A DNA stretch of 51,169 nucleotides from the IMG/VR virus record IMGVR_UViG_2541047830_000012; one strand, given 5' to 3'. Source of the DNA: a virus. Taxonomy: Duplodnaviria > Heunggongvirae > Uroviricota > Caudoviricetes. Of this stretch, positions 9,852 to 20,707 are shown piece after piece (the stretch's first letter is position 1; each line of letters opens with the position of its first letter). A program made the position numbers and the translations under genes. A model generated the notes under the pieces. The model did not search any database. It was not told the DNA's origin and saw only the letters and a program-made list of their open reading frames with translations.

Positions 9852-10638
9852 ACCCTCAGGTGTTTCAAATAGCTGTTCTTTTTACGGAAATACTTATGAA
9901 CTGGCTGGAATAAAGTGCAAGAAAATGTGACTACTATCTCATTTTTATCTGACATGATCTGTTGCCACTCGCTGCCAAATTGTCGCGCTAAAGCTGATTA
10001 GCACGGTGATATTTGATACTCTGGCAGACAGCAGAAATAACGGATTTAACCTAATGATGAATGACGGTAAGCAACAATCTACCTTTTTGTTTCACGATTA
10101 CACGCACCCCACCTGAGAACAGCCATGAGTAAGGGTTTCATGGTTTATGATTTTAGTTTGGTACACAATTTGGTACACATCGCAATTTTCACATCACCGG
10201 GCAGTCATAAAACTCACCATAACGCTCTTCGTTGATGATGTACGTGATCACCAAAAATATCGCATCCGGACTAGTTCCATCTTCATGCGTAGGTATCTGT
10301 TCATGCCTACCTGTCTGCAAATCCTAAAGATGAGATTTTAGAGTTTTGGGATATCTTTTTATCCTCAGTTCTCTATCCATTCTGCAAACCAGTAACGAAC
10401 CATCACCGTGTGATAGTGAGGCATCCGCTACGTTAAGCGCAGAGAAATGATGCAGTGGTGGGCGGATTGGATTGATGAAAAGGTGGTGTGACCCGCCTTA
10501 ACAACTATCGAATATCACAAAACCTTGCAATCCAGTGCAAAGCTTTGTGTGCAAGAATATTTTCTCACCAACATCATGACAACATTATTCTCTTAGTTAA
10601 TTACATCGAAAAATCATACATAACCATATTAATTAACA

Positions 10639-10661
10639 ATCTGCGCCTTTTCGACGCAGAT
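10639..10661 (-). terminator. Hairpin terminator at the prophage end downstream of the tailspike gene
   Basis: ATCTGCG-ccttttcga-CGCAGAT inverted repeat flanked by T/A-rich runs on both strands. Confidence 0.45.
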
Positions 10662-10684
10662 TTCATATTGTTTTATGTTGAATA

Positions 10685-13063
10685 TCATATTTTATTTAAG
10701 TTATTCTTTTTTAATGTCATCTCTAGTTCTTCGATACGTCTTTCTATATTATCAATTCTCTCCCAGCATTGCTGAATTGATTTAACAATAGGTGGGATAA
10801 ACTCATCGTAACCGAGTGAGTAAACATCATCCCCACCATTTTTCAAGTGATGCTGTAGCCCACCGAACTCAACACCTAATTTTTCACACAGTTTCAATAC
10901 GTCCTGTGCAATAAACCAGTGATGGTATCGTTGACGTTTTTTACTGCCGTCAGGAGTTTTCTGCACTACTTCAAGATATTTTTCTTCGACATTCTCAATA
11001 GCTGATATAGTAATTCCATCAACATCTCGTTCTACTTTTTTTGGTACAATTCTTGTCTTTTCAATAACATCAATATAATCATCACGCATATCCCAGCGAC
11101 CATCGACAGGACGAAGCCCAAGGATAAATTCAATCCCCAGCAAAGTATCTCGGATATCTGTTTTATCACGCGCATCAGATCTGTTTTGCACAGTTCCATA
11201 TACATACGTCGTTGTGGAAGAATTGCCAAGCTGCACCTGATTACTTCCAGACACTCTTGCATCATTGCCAACAGTTGTTGTGTTGGTAAGTGATGATGTG
11301 CTTTCCCCTGATTGAGTTAATCTACCTGAATTATGTCCAATAGCCGTGTTTAATGCGCCGGTTGTATTTGTGACAAGAGAGCCAGACCCAATTGCAACGT
11401 TACTGCTTCCCGATGTTGTTCCTTTTAATGCCTGCTGTCCAACCGCAACATTATTATCACCCGTTGCTGCTATAAGTGCCATGTGACCAATAGAAACGGT
11501 AAATGAACCTAGCGTTTGAGTTTCACCGCATGCACCATAACCAATTACAACAACATTATCTGTAATTGTTGACTCGGTTGCCGCTCCAGCACCAATAACA
11601 ACGCTTTCATTCCCGGCAAGATTCTTGCGCATTGCGAACATTCCAATGCCAACATTATCATGCCCAGTCCCTGTACCTGCTGCCTCCGCAGCACCAAGAC
11701 AGTTTCCCGCTCTGTAGCCAACCATGGTGTTATTTGAACCAATAGAGAAGTCTCCGGCAAAAGAGCCTACGTATACACTATTAGACTGTGAGTAATCTCC
11801 AGGATTTCCATTCGCCCGATATCCTACTGCAACTGTATAAATAGTATCTGGAGCCTCAGCCATGGCCTCAAAGCCAACTCCAACGTTATATCTACCGCCC
11901 TTAACTTTTTCTCCTGCACCAAGTCCGAAGAATGAGTTATAGCTCCCGGTTGTTAGCCACTCGCCAGCAACAGAACCTACAGCAGTGTTTCCTGTTCCAG
12001 TACATCGATACAAAGTCAGGAAGCCAACTCCGGTATTATTATTTCCTGAAATATTACTCATCAATGATTTTGACCCAATGGCAGTATTGTTAACACCATC
12101 GGTCAGATCCTGTAACGCTCGCGGGCCAAATGCTGTATTATCGTAACCCTTTGGCGCTGTTGTTGGATCTGGTAACTCCGGGGTTAGTTTTTCACCACCG
12201 CCACCATTGGCACAAAGATTGTAAGATCGAATAAATTCAGCCACTGGCCCAAGTTTTAAATAACCATTGGCAATATTAATTCTGACACTTACATTAACTG
12301 AGCTACCAGGAGCTTCTATTGTCCTGTCATCAACCCAGGTAAAACTCTGTGGTATCCCGTCATAAGTTAATGTCACATCTCCTTTATCATTATAATTATA
12401 GAACAATGTATAACGCTCATTTATAGATTCAGAACCTGATGATCCTCCTCTCCTCCACCACTCTGCATTATCAAAAATAAGTAATCCTGGACCATAATAT
12501 TTTCCCTTCTGACCCAAGATCATAGGAGTCGATAATCGCCACCTTCCCTCTGGAACATATACATCGATCCCAGTTCTTTCTGCGTCTTTAAACGATTCAT
12601 CACATAATAAAACACCACCTTCAACAGCACCAAATCCACGAACATCACCATTATCTCTCCATCGAGCCATTTGCAACTCAGGATACTTCTTAGCGCCATC
12701 AATGTCTTCTAATTGGTCCCGCAGCTGATCAGGATCATACTTCAGTACATTAGGAAAATAGAACTGCTGAGCACCGTAAGCATCATATACAGCCATAGAA
12801 TGGCCTTGCACAGTTACGAACTTGGCAATCTGTCCGTTATATACAGGGTAACCAGCAGCGTTAAGGATGATTGGTTGTGAAACAGGAATGTGAGAACCAT
12901 CTTCACTCTCTACATAAACCTGAATCTGGTTTTCAGGATTTACCGGGTCAGTGTCAATTTTACCGATATAAATTTTGCCATTAGCTACGGCTTTAAAAGA
13001 GCGAGCCATAGTGAAGAGTTGCGATGGCATCCCAATTACAACATTTGGGGTTATATTAGGCAT
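10685..13063 (-). CDS. Tailspike / tail fibre: P22 gp9-type head-binding N-terminus, Gly-rich repeat body, C-terminal S74-type chaperone domain
   Basis: N-terminus ([43 protein letters not shown]…) matches the P22 tailspike head-binding domain as recalled; the middle has repeated GxxNTAxGxxA motifs; C-terminal …[23 protein letters not shown]… resembles the self-cleaving chaperone of endosialidase-type fibres; start at ATG 13063 (AGGA 8 nt upstream), alternatives 13072 or 13156. Confidence 0.8.
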   Translation of the reverse strand: MPNITPNVVIGMPSQLFTMARSFKAVANGKIYIGKIDTDPVNPENQIQVYVESEDGSHIPVSQPIILNAAGYPVYNGQIAKFVTVQGHSMAVYDAYGAQQFYFPNVLKYDPDQLRDQLEDIDGAKKYPELQMARWRDNGDVRGFGAVEGGVLLCDESFKDAERTGIDVYVPEGRWRLSTPMILGQKGKYYGPGLLIFDNAEWWRRGGSSGSESINERYTLFYNYNDKGDVTLTYDGIPQSFTWVDDRTIEAPGSSVNVSVRINIANGYLKLGPVAEFIRSYNLCANGGGGEKLTPELPDPTTAPKGYDNTAFGPRALQDLTDGVNNTAIGSKSLMSNISGNNNTGVGFLTLYRCTGTGNTAVGSVAGEWLTTGSYNSFFGLGAGEKVKGGRYNVGVGFEAMAEAPDTIYTVAVGYRANGNPGDYSQSNSVYVGSFAGDFSIGSNNTMVGYRAGNCLGAAEAAGTGTGHDNVGIGMFAMRKNLAGNESVVIGAGAATESTITDNVVVIGYGACGETQTLGSFTVSIGHMALIAATGDNNVAVGQQALKGTTSGSSNVAIGSGSLVTNTTGALNTAIGHNSGRLTQSGESTSSLTNTTTVGNDARVSGSNQVQLGNSSTTTYVYGTVQNRSDARDKTDIRDTLLGIEFILGLRPVDGRWDMRDDYIDVIEKTRIVPKKVERDVDGITISAIENVEEKYLEVVQKTPDGSKKRQRYHHWFIAQDVLKLCEKLGVEFGGLQHHLKNGGDDVYSLGYDEFIPPIVKSIQQCWERIDNIERRIEELEMTLKKNNLNKI

Positions 13064-13408
13064 ATTAGTCATCCTGTTTGAAAACTTAGAAATTGAATAA
13101 AAAGGAATGACTGTAGACAAAGATGCAAGTGTTTTGAAAAATAATCTTCTATCCATTTTAAATCATGCAACACAAACAAAACGATTATTTTACAACGTGC
13201 ACGAATCTTGATCAACAGGCATATATTTTAATTGCTGAATACGTCACTTAAAAATGACAAGTACTACTTTTATTCCTATCGTCCATGATTTTAATTTTCA
13301 AATATTATTAAATAACAATTCCTATTTATAATATCTGTCATTTAATTTGCTCCAGATACAAGTAATCGCTGCAGCATGACTGCAGTGATACATAATCAAT
13401 CATACAAC

Positions 13409-13425
13409 AAGACCACCGTGGTCTT
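13409..13425. promoter_or_regulatory. Mnt-operator-like palindrome between mnt and the tailspike gene
   Basis: Perfect 17-bp palindrome AAGACCACCGTGGTCTT 63 bp upstream of mnt; resembles the P22 Mnt operator (TAGGTCCACGGTGGACCTA, recalled). Confidence 0.55.
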
Positions 13426-13487
13426 ATTGAGGATGCAACCAGCAGATAATAAGATGCCGATCCACTCACAAGAGCGAGGCATCAAGA

Positions 13488-13739
13488 ATGGGAAGAGATG
13501 ACCCGCAATTTAATCTGCGGCTACCTTACGAATTAAAGGAAAAACTAAAACAGCGAGCCAAATCCAATGGCCGCTCTCTTAATTCAGAATTAGTTCAGAT
13601 AGTGACTGATGCTGTATCAAAGCCATCCAAAATTTCAGGCTATCGAGACGATGCGGAACGCATCGCTGATGAGCAGTCCGAACTTGTTAAGAAGATGGTG
13701 TTTGATACGCTGAAGGATTTGTACAAAAAAACCACCTGA
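13488..13739 (+). CDS. mnt: Mnt repressor (ribbon-helix-helix, P22 immI-type)
   Basis: Translation MGRDDPQFNLRLPYELKEKLKQRAKSNGRSLNSELVQIVTDAVSKPSKISGYRDDAERIADEQSELVKKMVFDTLKDLYKKTT closely matches P22 Mnt as recalled. Confidence 0.85.
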   Translation: MGRDDPQFNLRLPYELKEKLKQRAKSNGRSLNSELVQIVTDAVSKPSKISGYRDDAERIADEQSELVKKMVFDTLKDLYKKTT

Positions 13740-13755
13740 CGGTGGGTTAATTTTT
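13727..13755 (+). terminator. Rho-independent terminator after mnt (possibly bidirectional)
   Basis: AAAAAAA-CCACC-tgac-GGTGG-GTTAATTTTT. Confidence 0.55.
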
Positions 13756-13838
13756 GCATTTACCTGGGCCATATTGACTACTTATAAAATGAGATCAATA
13801 TTTAATCGCCCAATAACGGGTGTATGTTGAGGTATATC

Positions 13839-14084
13839 ATGGCGAAAAAACCAGGTGAAAACACAGGAAAAACGGCGGAATATACCAAGAGGTTGGCCCA
13901 CGCGGCGGTAAGAAAGACAATTTTGCCACCGTCAAGGACAACGAAAGGCTTCCGCCAACAACAAAGCCAGGTCATGGCTGGGTATTGGATAAGCGAACTC
14001 CAGACAGCAAAAAGTAATACTCAAGCCGGGTCACTCCGGCTTTTTGATATGTCGCTCGCAGAACTCAACAAGCCTGCTCATTAA
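13839..14084 (+). CDS. Possible small basic protein convergent with the HExxH gene
   Basis: GAGGTA RBS 5 nt upstream of ATG; 81 aa; overlaps the 3' end of the opposite-strand gene, so it may not be real. Confidence 0.3.
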   Translation: MAKKPGENTGKTAEYTKRLAHAAVRKTILPPSRTTKGFRQQQSQVMAGYWISELQTAKSNTQAGSLRLFDMSLAELNKPAH

Positions 14085-14396
14085 GTAGCAGTAAGTCTCG
14101 TTGGCTCTTCCTGGTTCAACATCAACGCCGACCCTTGAGCAGATATCGAATGCCATGTGAGCGCACTCATGGGCAATAGTAGATAGTTTGCCATTGAACA
14201 CGCCTATCACATGCAAAACACCATTCTCGCTGCTCATTGTATGAGACGCTCCGTTGGCGTCCGAGTCATGCACGTCAACGCCAAGTTTTTGATGCAGGCG
14301 TTGCCATTCTGGAAAGTCTCTACAAAACACAATTGTACCGCTCTCAAAGAGCGGAACGAGCATCTTTGGTACGTTTCCAATGTTAACTTTTTTCAT
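14031..14396 (-). CDS. Small HExxH-motif protein (putative Zn-metallopeptidase-like)
   Basis: 121-aa ORF with AGGA RBS; HECAH motif (…STIAHECAHMAFDI…); sits between the ejection genes and mnt, where P22 has sieA (recalled). Confidence 0.6.
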   Translation of the reverse strand: MKKVNIGNVPKMLVPLFESGTIVFCRDFPEWQRLHQKLGVDVHDSDANGASHTMSSENGVLHVIGVFNGKLSTIAHECAHMAFDICSRVGVDVEPGRANETYCYLMSRLVEFCERHIKKPE

Positions 14397-14567
14397 GGTA
14401 TCCTGCTCAAAACTAAGGAGGTTGGAGGTTGGTGTGCTTGAATGGTTTCTGTTGGCTGCATTAGTCGTTTCTGGTTGGGTGTATGAGTATCGAATGCACT
14501 CTTATTAGACGTCAACTAGTTTTGCCGACTCGCGCCAACTATACTGGCCGCACCCTTCAGTGCGACA

Positions 14568-15323
14568 TCAAGTCGCGCTTGTTACTGCCTTCGCTGTCTT
14601 TTTCCTGTAGCTTTCACCTTTCAGTTCGAACATATATCCGTGATGGATCAGCCGGTCTGCCGCCGCCACCGCCATAGTCTCATCCACGAAGATGCTGCCC
14701 CACATGCTGAACGGATGGTTACTGGTTATCACCAGGCTCCCACGTTCATAGCGATGCGCTATTAACTCGAACAGTACTCCCGTTTCGGCGCTGTCGCGTT
14801 TGACATAGCCAAGATCATCCACCACTATCACCCGGTAGCGATCCAGTTTCAGTAGCAGCTCATTCAGTTTCAACTGCGCTCTGGCTTTACGTAGTTCCTG
14901 CAACAACTCTCCTGCGCTGTAGAACCGGGCCCGGTAGCCCTGGCCTACTACGCCATCCACGATCGCTGCCGCCAGATGGCTTTTCCCCAACCCGCTGGCT
15001 CCGAACAGCAGAACGTTTTCTCCTGCATCAACCCAGTCTGTCGTTTCACAGAGTTGCCGGAACTGAGCTCCATTCAGTTCCGGCACCTGACTGAAGTCGT
15101 ATTCGCTTAGCGTTTTGGCAACTGGCAACCGGGCCTCCTTTTTATAACGACGCAGTTTTTCACTCTCGCGCCACAGGAGTTCTTCATTGCATAGCGTCAG
15201 AAGATAGCGCGATGGTGTCCAGCCTTCTGCCAGTGCTCGTTTTTCCAGAGCGTGCCATTCAGCTCCAACTCGTGTCAGGCGTAGTTTACGCAGGCTGCGT
15301 TCAAGGTGATGGATATTGCTCAC
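14568..15323 (-). CDS. istB: IS21-family helper ATPase IstB
   Basis: Walker A GASGLGKSHLA and Walker B VIVVDDLG; typical IstB length. Confidence 0.9.
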   Translation of the reverse strand: MSNIHHLERSLRKLRLTRVGAEWHALEKRALAEGWTPSRYLLTLCNEELLWRESEKLRRYKKEARLPVAKTLSEYDFSQVPELNGAQFRQLCETTDWVDAGENVLLFGASGLGKSHLAAAIVDGVVGQGYRARFYSAGELLQELRKARAQLKLNELLLKLDRYRVIVVDDLGYVKRDSAETGVLFELIAHRYERGSLVITSNHPFSMWGSIFVDETMAVAAADRLIHHGYMFELKGESYRKKTAKAVTSAT

Positions 15324-16819
15324 TGCGAACCTCCCTTGCCACGCAGTAGTTGCTCATAACTGCTCAGGTTATGCTGTTTCACATTGACTACCGGCAACGC
15401 CTTTTCCTTTATACCCAGGAAGCGCATCAGCCGGTGCAGATCCACGTTTCCCGGGGTATTCAGCATCTGCTCCATACCTTTTGCCACGACTGAGATATCG
15501 TCGTATCCTGCAGCCAGTTTCAGAGCATGTACCATCAGCCTGCCTGCCATGTCGGGTTCCAGATGATTACATAAGCGACGCCACAGCCTCCGCCATTCAT
15601 CGTCTGGCAGGATGTCATTTCTCAGCGTTGCATGGCAGAACGCACCGGGCTTTTTTGCCAGACTGTCGATCACATGTCGGAAGTCGATACGACGGGCCCG
15701 CGTCTTCCCTTTTTCTGGTCTGACACGTGGGCAGCTCATGACCTCGCTGCTGCCAACGTAACAGCTCAGACGATCGTCCCATAACCGGACCCGTAACAGT
15801 TGACCTACAAGCCGGGAAGGTACGCTGTAGACGACGTGCTTCACATTGATGGTACTGCTGCGGCTAACCCTCACAGTCAGCTCATCATAGTCAGCACTGC
15901 GACGAAGCGGCAGCGGTTTCAGATGAAGACGTTCTTCCTTGACCAGATCCTGATTGTTACGGTTGTGCCGCATAACCTGCTGAGTGATGAAGGCCTGATA
16001 TTCTTCTATGGTGCTGAAGTCGTTACTGCCCCGCAGTATCAGCGCCTGACAGATACGCCTTTTCAGATGTCCGTGGGCACTTTCAACCGAGCCATTTTCG
16101 TGGCCCCGACCGGCATTATTGTGTACGCCCTGCATTCCGTAGTGCTGACAGAGAGCAGCATAACGCTCAGTCAGCTCGCGGCGTCCATCTTCGCCCTGTT
16201 GTTTCCATGCTGCCCTCAGGCTGTCCGTTTTATGTTCTACCGGCACTCCGCCCAGTTGTCCGAGGGCTTCCTGCAGACCTTCAGCCAGAGCAGAGAAGCT
16301 CTCACCACCCAGCACAACCCGCATCCAGCTCCAGTGGCTCCATTCCAGACGGAAGTGATACAACTTATGCGCCAACAACTTACCGGCGATGGTGACAACT
16401 ACACCTTTCAGTTCAGTAAAGTCCGACAGACCTCGCAGACCGGGCTGATGTCGCTGGCGGAACATGACCTCCTGCTCTGCACCATACTGTAGCTTCCATT
16501 CGCAGACCCGCCGTTGCATTGTTCTTCGAAGGCTGTTGGGGTACTGGCCGGGATATTTATCCTGTAGCATCTCCAGCAGAGTTGTTGGTGTCAGAGCCGG
16601 CCTCTCTTTCAACAGAGGAACAAGCATGCTGTCCCACACAGCTTCCAGAGGATCTTTGCGTGTGCGCCAGTGCCGAACACTGTTTTTTGCCCACTCTCCT
16701 TTTTCGATCCGACGACCAGAACGGACTGAGATACCAGCCTTCATGGCCGAGATATGCTGAGTTATACCTTTCTTACGCTGAGTCATATAGTAACTGACCT
16801 GAGAAGTATTGAGCGTCAC
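15320..16819 (-). CDS. istA: IS21-family transposase IstA
   Basis: 499-aa ORF with N-terminal HTH and integrase-like core, directly upstream of and overlapping istB. Confidence 0.85.
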   Translation of the reverse strand: MTLNTSQVSYYMTQRKKGITQHISAMKAGISVRSGRRIEKGEWAKNSVRHWRTRKDPLEAVWDSMLVPLLKERPALTPTTLLEMLQDKYPGQYPNSLRRTMQRRVCEWKLQYGAEQEVMFRQRHQPGLRGLSDFTELKGVVVTIAGKLLAHKLYHFRLEWSHWSWMRVVLGGESFSALAEGLQEALGQLGGVPVEHKTDSLRAAWKQQGEDGRRELTERYAALCQHYGMQGVHNNAGRGHENGSVESAHGHLKRRICQALILRGSNDFSTIEEYQAFITQQVMRHNRNNQDLVKEERLHLKPLPLRRSADYDELTVRVSRSSTINVKHVVYSVPSRLVGQLLRVRLWDDRLSCYVGSSEVMSCPRVRPEKGKTRARRIDFRHVIDSLAKKPGAFCHATLRNDILPDDEWRRLWRRLCNHLEPDMAGRLMVHALKLAAGYDDISVVAKGMEQMLNTPGNVDLHRLMRFLGIKEKALPVVNVKQHNLSSYEQLLRGKGGSQ

Positions 16820-16927
16820 GCCATTTCCTGTTGGATCATGTAAATGACACTCAGGTTACAAAACCGGCCAGAATAATCGGCGCCAGGCGGACTGAGTTAT
16901 TGTCGTCTCATACACTCTCTAACAAAA

Positions 16928-17178
16928 AAAATAGGAATTCTAGAAAACGAATATTGGGCTCTCAAATCCTCACTGGAACGTGAGCAAGGAGACTTAAAAA
17001 TCTATCTGTCTAGCATTGAGCGTTCTATAGAGAGCCTAGAGGATAAAGTTAATCGTATAAAGAATGAGGATATTCATGATATTAAGGACGATATATCCTT
17101 CTTAAAATCTTGGTTGAAAAATGTTGGTAAAATTGCCACATCAACACGAGATAAGCTCAATCCATCCATGGATGATTA
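16928..17178 (+). pseudogene. C-terminal fragment of a phage gene interrupted by the IS21-family element
   Basis: ORF without a start reads KIGILENEYWALKSSLEREQGDLKIYLSSIERSIESLEDKVNRIKNEDIHDIKDDISFLKSWLKNVGKIATSTRDKLNPSMDD*; a candidate N-terminal part (RBS TAAGGAGG, GTG 14435, VLEWFLLAALVVSGW…) lies on the same strand just before the IS. Confidence 0.4.
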
Positions 17179-17179
17179 A

Positions 17180-19348
17180 TTACTCCTGTGCTATTCCGCT
17201 TAGCGATGCCACAATTCCAGCCCTTGCTAAACGCTGGAAATCTTCGTTTCCTAGTGCATCGCGTATTGCTTTTACGGCGGCCTTATTTGCCATAAATCTG
17301 CGTTCAGCCGCCGCTAATGCGCCATCACTTGCCCCAACCTTAACTGCCTTTGTTGCCTCTTGAACAGCCTTTTCAATAGCGTAACGACCGCTTCTGGTTG
17401 CGGATAATTTCGCTATCGATCCTTTTGCTATTGCATCAATTGCTCCACCTGCAGCGCCACCCACTATTGCTCCAATAACACCACCTCCAGAGAACCCTGC
17501 GATAGCGCCAGCGGTTGGAAAAGCGCCAGACAATACGCTCTCTAAAACTGGATGAAGGCCCTTCTCAAGAGTGCTAATGGCTGGCATAGAGCGCCCTGTC
17601 TGTTCAACATATCGAAGTGGCTTTGTTGCTGCTCGTGCAAGTTCTCCGTATGAACTTGTAATCCTGCCAAGTTCTGGAGAATATCGACTAATTGCCTTCA
17701 CGTTTTGTGGGGTAAGAATAGTCGCGATATGCTTAATTCCAGCCCCTTCAGACTTACCTCCGCGCATCCCTTGCGATACCGTATCTTGCAATATTGATGC
17801 AATTGCTGGCGCGCGTTCAGACTCAGGTAGGGCGCTTATTATTTTATGAAACTGACCTGTTCCACTTTTTGCTGAGCCCTGTAACGCCTTAGAGCCATTA
17901 GTTACCAACTGATCAGTTGCAAGGTCTCTACCAAACGCTGCTTCAGCCTGTTCTTGTGCTGTAAATCTTGCCTTTGACAGATCATTAGCTTTTTGCCAGT
18001 CATCAAGAAAACCGCCATTTTGAGCCATTATGCGCATATCTTCCGTTGCTGCATCACGAAGCTCAGCCATGCGCCTTGCCGTATTTGCCTCACCAGACCT
18101 TATATACTTCTGCTCAGCGTCAGCAAGTTTACTTCGCCATGCCTTCATGGCATCAAACGTGATTCCATTTTTACCAGTTTTAGCATAAGCAGATGCGAAT
18201 TGTTTCATCTCAGGAGTTAGCGGCATGCCAGCCAAAATATCACCCTGAATTGTAGCGTTCAGGTTTAACATTCTGGCCTTTGCGTCAGGCATCGTGGAGC
18301 GGACGCTATCCCATGCGGCCTTTTCTGAATTTTTCATTTTATCAATACTTGCCAAAACCCTTTGTTTTATGGCTGCACTTTTTTCTGATGCAGTTCCTGC
18401 TTCAGCCCCAAACTCATCCAATGCTGAGTTAAATTTCGACTCTATTTCACTGAATGCTTTGGTGTGTGCATCCTGTGTAATTCCGGGCTTTGACGCCAGA
18501 ATCCCCTCCGCCTGAGCAAGACCACGACTACCTGATCTCATGCCAGGAGTTAATGCGTTGATATCTATTCCAGCGGTATCTGCTGCTTTTGCTATTTCGT
18601 CTGACACGTTAGCTGACTGTCTGGCAATAATCTCTCTTCCTGTACCAGACTTTGCCATTTTCGAAACATCAGCAGCGGAATTTATTGCCCCGCCACCAAG
18701 AACTTGAGGTGATTTAGAGGTTAAGAGCCTTCCAGCCCCAGAAAGTATCCCCTGAGCACCAATATTGATACCACCGTTAATGGCAGCATTTTGTGCAAAG
18801 TCGCCCTCCTGATTTGCAGCATCAGCAAGAGAACCTGCAATCATGTTTCCTGCGGAACCGATATCTCCAGCGAGCTTTGCTGGCGCTCCAGCAGCTTTTG
18901 CCGCTGTGCCAATTGGCAGGAGATACCCACCAATTGTTTCACCGGCTTGCGCGTAAGGGTCTGTCGGTCGATCGACAGGGCGATAAACATCATCCAAAAC
19001 CTTTGGGCCACCAAGCCCCTGGCTGATTGCATTAATCAGACTTGCGCCACCCTGTAACACGTCAAATGGTATGTTTACCAGACCACGACCAGCCTGTTCT
19101 GCAATTTGCCCTGCACTTTGACCACCAGTGAGCCAATCGCCAGCTTGTTGCATCAATGATGGTTCTTCTTTCTGCTGCTGAGGCGGAGGGTATGCTGCAT
19201 AAAACTGATCTCTTGCTTCAGCCCATTTGTCACCAGCCTTAGGGGCAACAACCTCATCAAAATATTGCGCTTGAGCCTGTGCTTTCTGTTCTTCAGTTAA
19301 CGCCTGATACTGTGGAGAAGCGATAACGTCTTTCCATGCTTTAGCCAT
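17180..19348 (-). CDS. DNA ejection/injection protein (P22 gp16-like)
   Basis: 722-aa Ala/Gly-rich ORF in the gp16 position of the P22-type order 26-14-7-20-16. Confidence 0.65.
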   Translation of the reverse strand: MAKAWKDVIASPQYQALTEEQKAQAQAQYFDEVVAPKAGDKWAEARDQFYAAYPPPQQQKEEPSLMQQAGDWLTGGQSAGQIAEQAGRGLVNIPFDVLQGGASLINAISQGLGGPKVLDDVYRPVDRPTDPYAQAGETIGGYLLPIGTAAKAAGAPAKLAGDIGSAGNMIAGSLADAANQEGDFAQNAAINGGINIGAQGILSGAGRLLTSKSPQVLGGGAINSAADVSKMAKSGTGREIIARQSANVSDEIAKAADTAGIDINALTPGMRSGSRGLAQAEGILASKPGITQDAHTKAFSEIESKFNSALDEFGAEAGTASEKSAAIKQRVLASIDKMKNSEKAAWDSVRSTMPDAKARMLNLNATIQGDILAGMPLTPEMKQFASAYAKTGKNGITFDAMKAWRSKLADAEQKYIRSGEANTARRMAELRDAATEDMRIMAQNGGFLDDWQKANDLSKARFTAQEQAEAAFGRDLATDQLVTNGSKALQGSAKSGTGQFHKIISALPESERAPAIASILQDTVSQGMRGGKSEGAGIKHIATILTPQNVKAISRYSPELGRITSSYGELARAATKPLRYVEQTGRSMPAISTLEKGLHPVLESVLSGAFPTAGAIAGFSGGGVIGAIVGGAAGGAIDAIAKGSIAKLSATRSGRYAIEKAVQEATKAVKVGASDGALAAAERRFMANKAAVKAIRDALGNEDFQRLARAGIVASLSGIAQE

Positions 19349-20697
19349 TAATCACCCCATAAAGACGAGAAACCGGACTTATTGCTGTCGCTTCCTGATT
19401 TTCGCTCACTAACATATGTGTCATAACCTGATGAACTGTATCCCATTGATTCAGCCTCCCTTGCTGCAACCTTTTGAAATACAGAATATTGAGATCGTAT
19501 TTCAGATAACTGTTTTCTGACGACCTCTTCAGGCTGTGTTATATCGAGTTTCGCGATCAGGTTTTCCAGTTTTTGGCCTTCAGCATTGGAGAGGCTACCC
19601 ATACCTCGCATAGTCTGCACGTTCTGGACAAACGCACCCGACTTTAATTCTTCTATCGCATTACGGTTTGCAAGCCCTTCAGCACTTGTGAAGCCATCTA
19701 TATTTCTTCCTTCGAAGCGACCGATACCTTCAAGCTCCTTCTTACCAAGCAAAGAATCAATTTTCTCTATCCCTCGCTCACCAGTAATCAACGCATTGTT
19801 GTAATTATTGTTGCCATCAAGCCATCTCTTAGCCTGAGACATTCTGGCTGACGTTGCAGCTTTACCGGTTAGCGGATCAATTCCCGTCGCTGCTATCTGT
19901 GAGTTAAGAGACAAAACATCCATATCCTGAAGTTGTCCTGCTCTTTCAAGGGCCGCCTGTGACTGCTTAAACACATACTTGTCGTGATTCAGTCTTGCCA
20001 TTTGAGCCTTATAGGAAAGATCCTGCCCCCTAATAGCCCTCGCATTCGTCATGTCATTATTGCGAATGGTTTCGTTAATTCTTTGCTGCTCCTGCTGGCG
20101 ACCAACCATCTTATCCTGAACAGCAAACGCCTTTTCTGGTCCAAGCGCACCGAGAGACATAGTAGTCAGCATGTGTGATAGCTGCTCGGGATTCTGGATA
20201 CCTGTCTGAATCATCCAGTCAGCATTAGCACCCACGCGATTTAACCTGTCCTTGTTGTCAGTAATGAATTTACTGTAGGCTTCCGGTCCCTGAGAAAGAG
20301 CGACGTTAGCCCTCATGGCTAAATCGCCCATATCGTTGCGTTGCTGCTCATTAAGACCGGAAAACGCCTGTTGTGCCTGTGCAACAAACGCTGGATTTTC
20401 CTGGGCAAACTTAAATAGTCCCGATGGATCACCAGAAGCCCATGCATCAGCGTGAACCTTATTGAACGCACTAATAGCTTTCTGTTGCTGTTCCTGCTTA
20501 TAAATATCAGCAACTCCAGCCAGACCACGTAACGCGGTCAGACCAACGTTATTTGCACCTGAGCGAGCCAGTTCATTGTTTTCGCGGATCAGACCAAGCG
20601 TTGCGTTAATGTCGCTTGCCTTTGGCGCATTCTCGTTTTGCGCGCCAATGCCAGCCAAAAAACCACCAGAATTAATACCCTGTTGCCACGTAGCCAT
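19348..20697 (-). CDS. DNA ejection protein (P22 gp20-like)
   Basis: 449 aa; synteny; start overlaps upstream stop. Confidence 0.65.
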   Translation of the reverse strand: MATWQQGINSGGFLAGIGAQNENAPKASDINATLGLIRENNELARSGANNVGLTALRGLAGVADIYKQEQQQKAISAFNKVHADAWASGDPSGLFKFAQENPAFVAQAQQAFSGLNEQQRNDMGDLAMRANVALSQGPEAYSKFITDNKDRLNRVGANADWMIQTGIQNPEQLSHMLTTMSLGALGPEKAFAVQDKMVGRQQEQQRINETIRNNDMTNARAIRGQDLSYKAQMARLNHDKYVFKQSQAALERAGQLQDMDVLSLNSQIAATGIDPLTGKAATSARMSQAKRWLDGNNNYNNALITGERGIEKIDSLLGKKELEGIGRFEGRNIDGFTSAEGLANRNAIEELKSGAFVQNVQTMRGMGSLSNAEGQKLENLIAKLDITQPEEVVRKQLSEIRSQYSVFQKVAAREAESMGYSSSGYDTYVSERKSGSDSNKSGFSSLWGD

Positions 20698-20707
20698 TGA
20701 TTACCCC

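Larger units (their letters stand above)
14481..16914 (-). mobile_element. IS21-family insertion sequence (istA-istB)
   Basis: Contiguous istA and istB with overlapping stop/start; both ends begin with inward-facing TGTATGAG; boundaries approximate to about 5 bp, no clear target-site duplication seen. Confidence 0.8.

Noticed and set aside
10488-10775. 95-aa plus-strand ORF in the AT-rich prophage-host junction
   Set aside because: No RBS; overlaps the tailspike 3' end and terminator; hydrophobic low-complexity translation typical of AT-rich non-coding DNA.
15800-16492. 230-aa plus-strand ORF inside the IS element
   Set aside because: Antisense to istA; GC-rich antisense ORFs are common artefacts.
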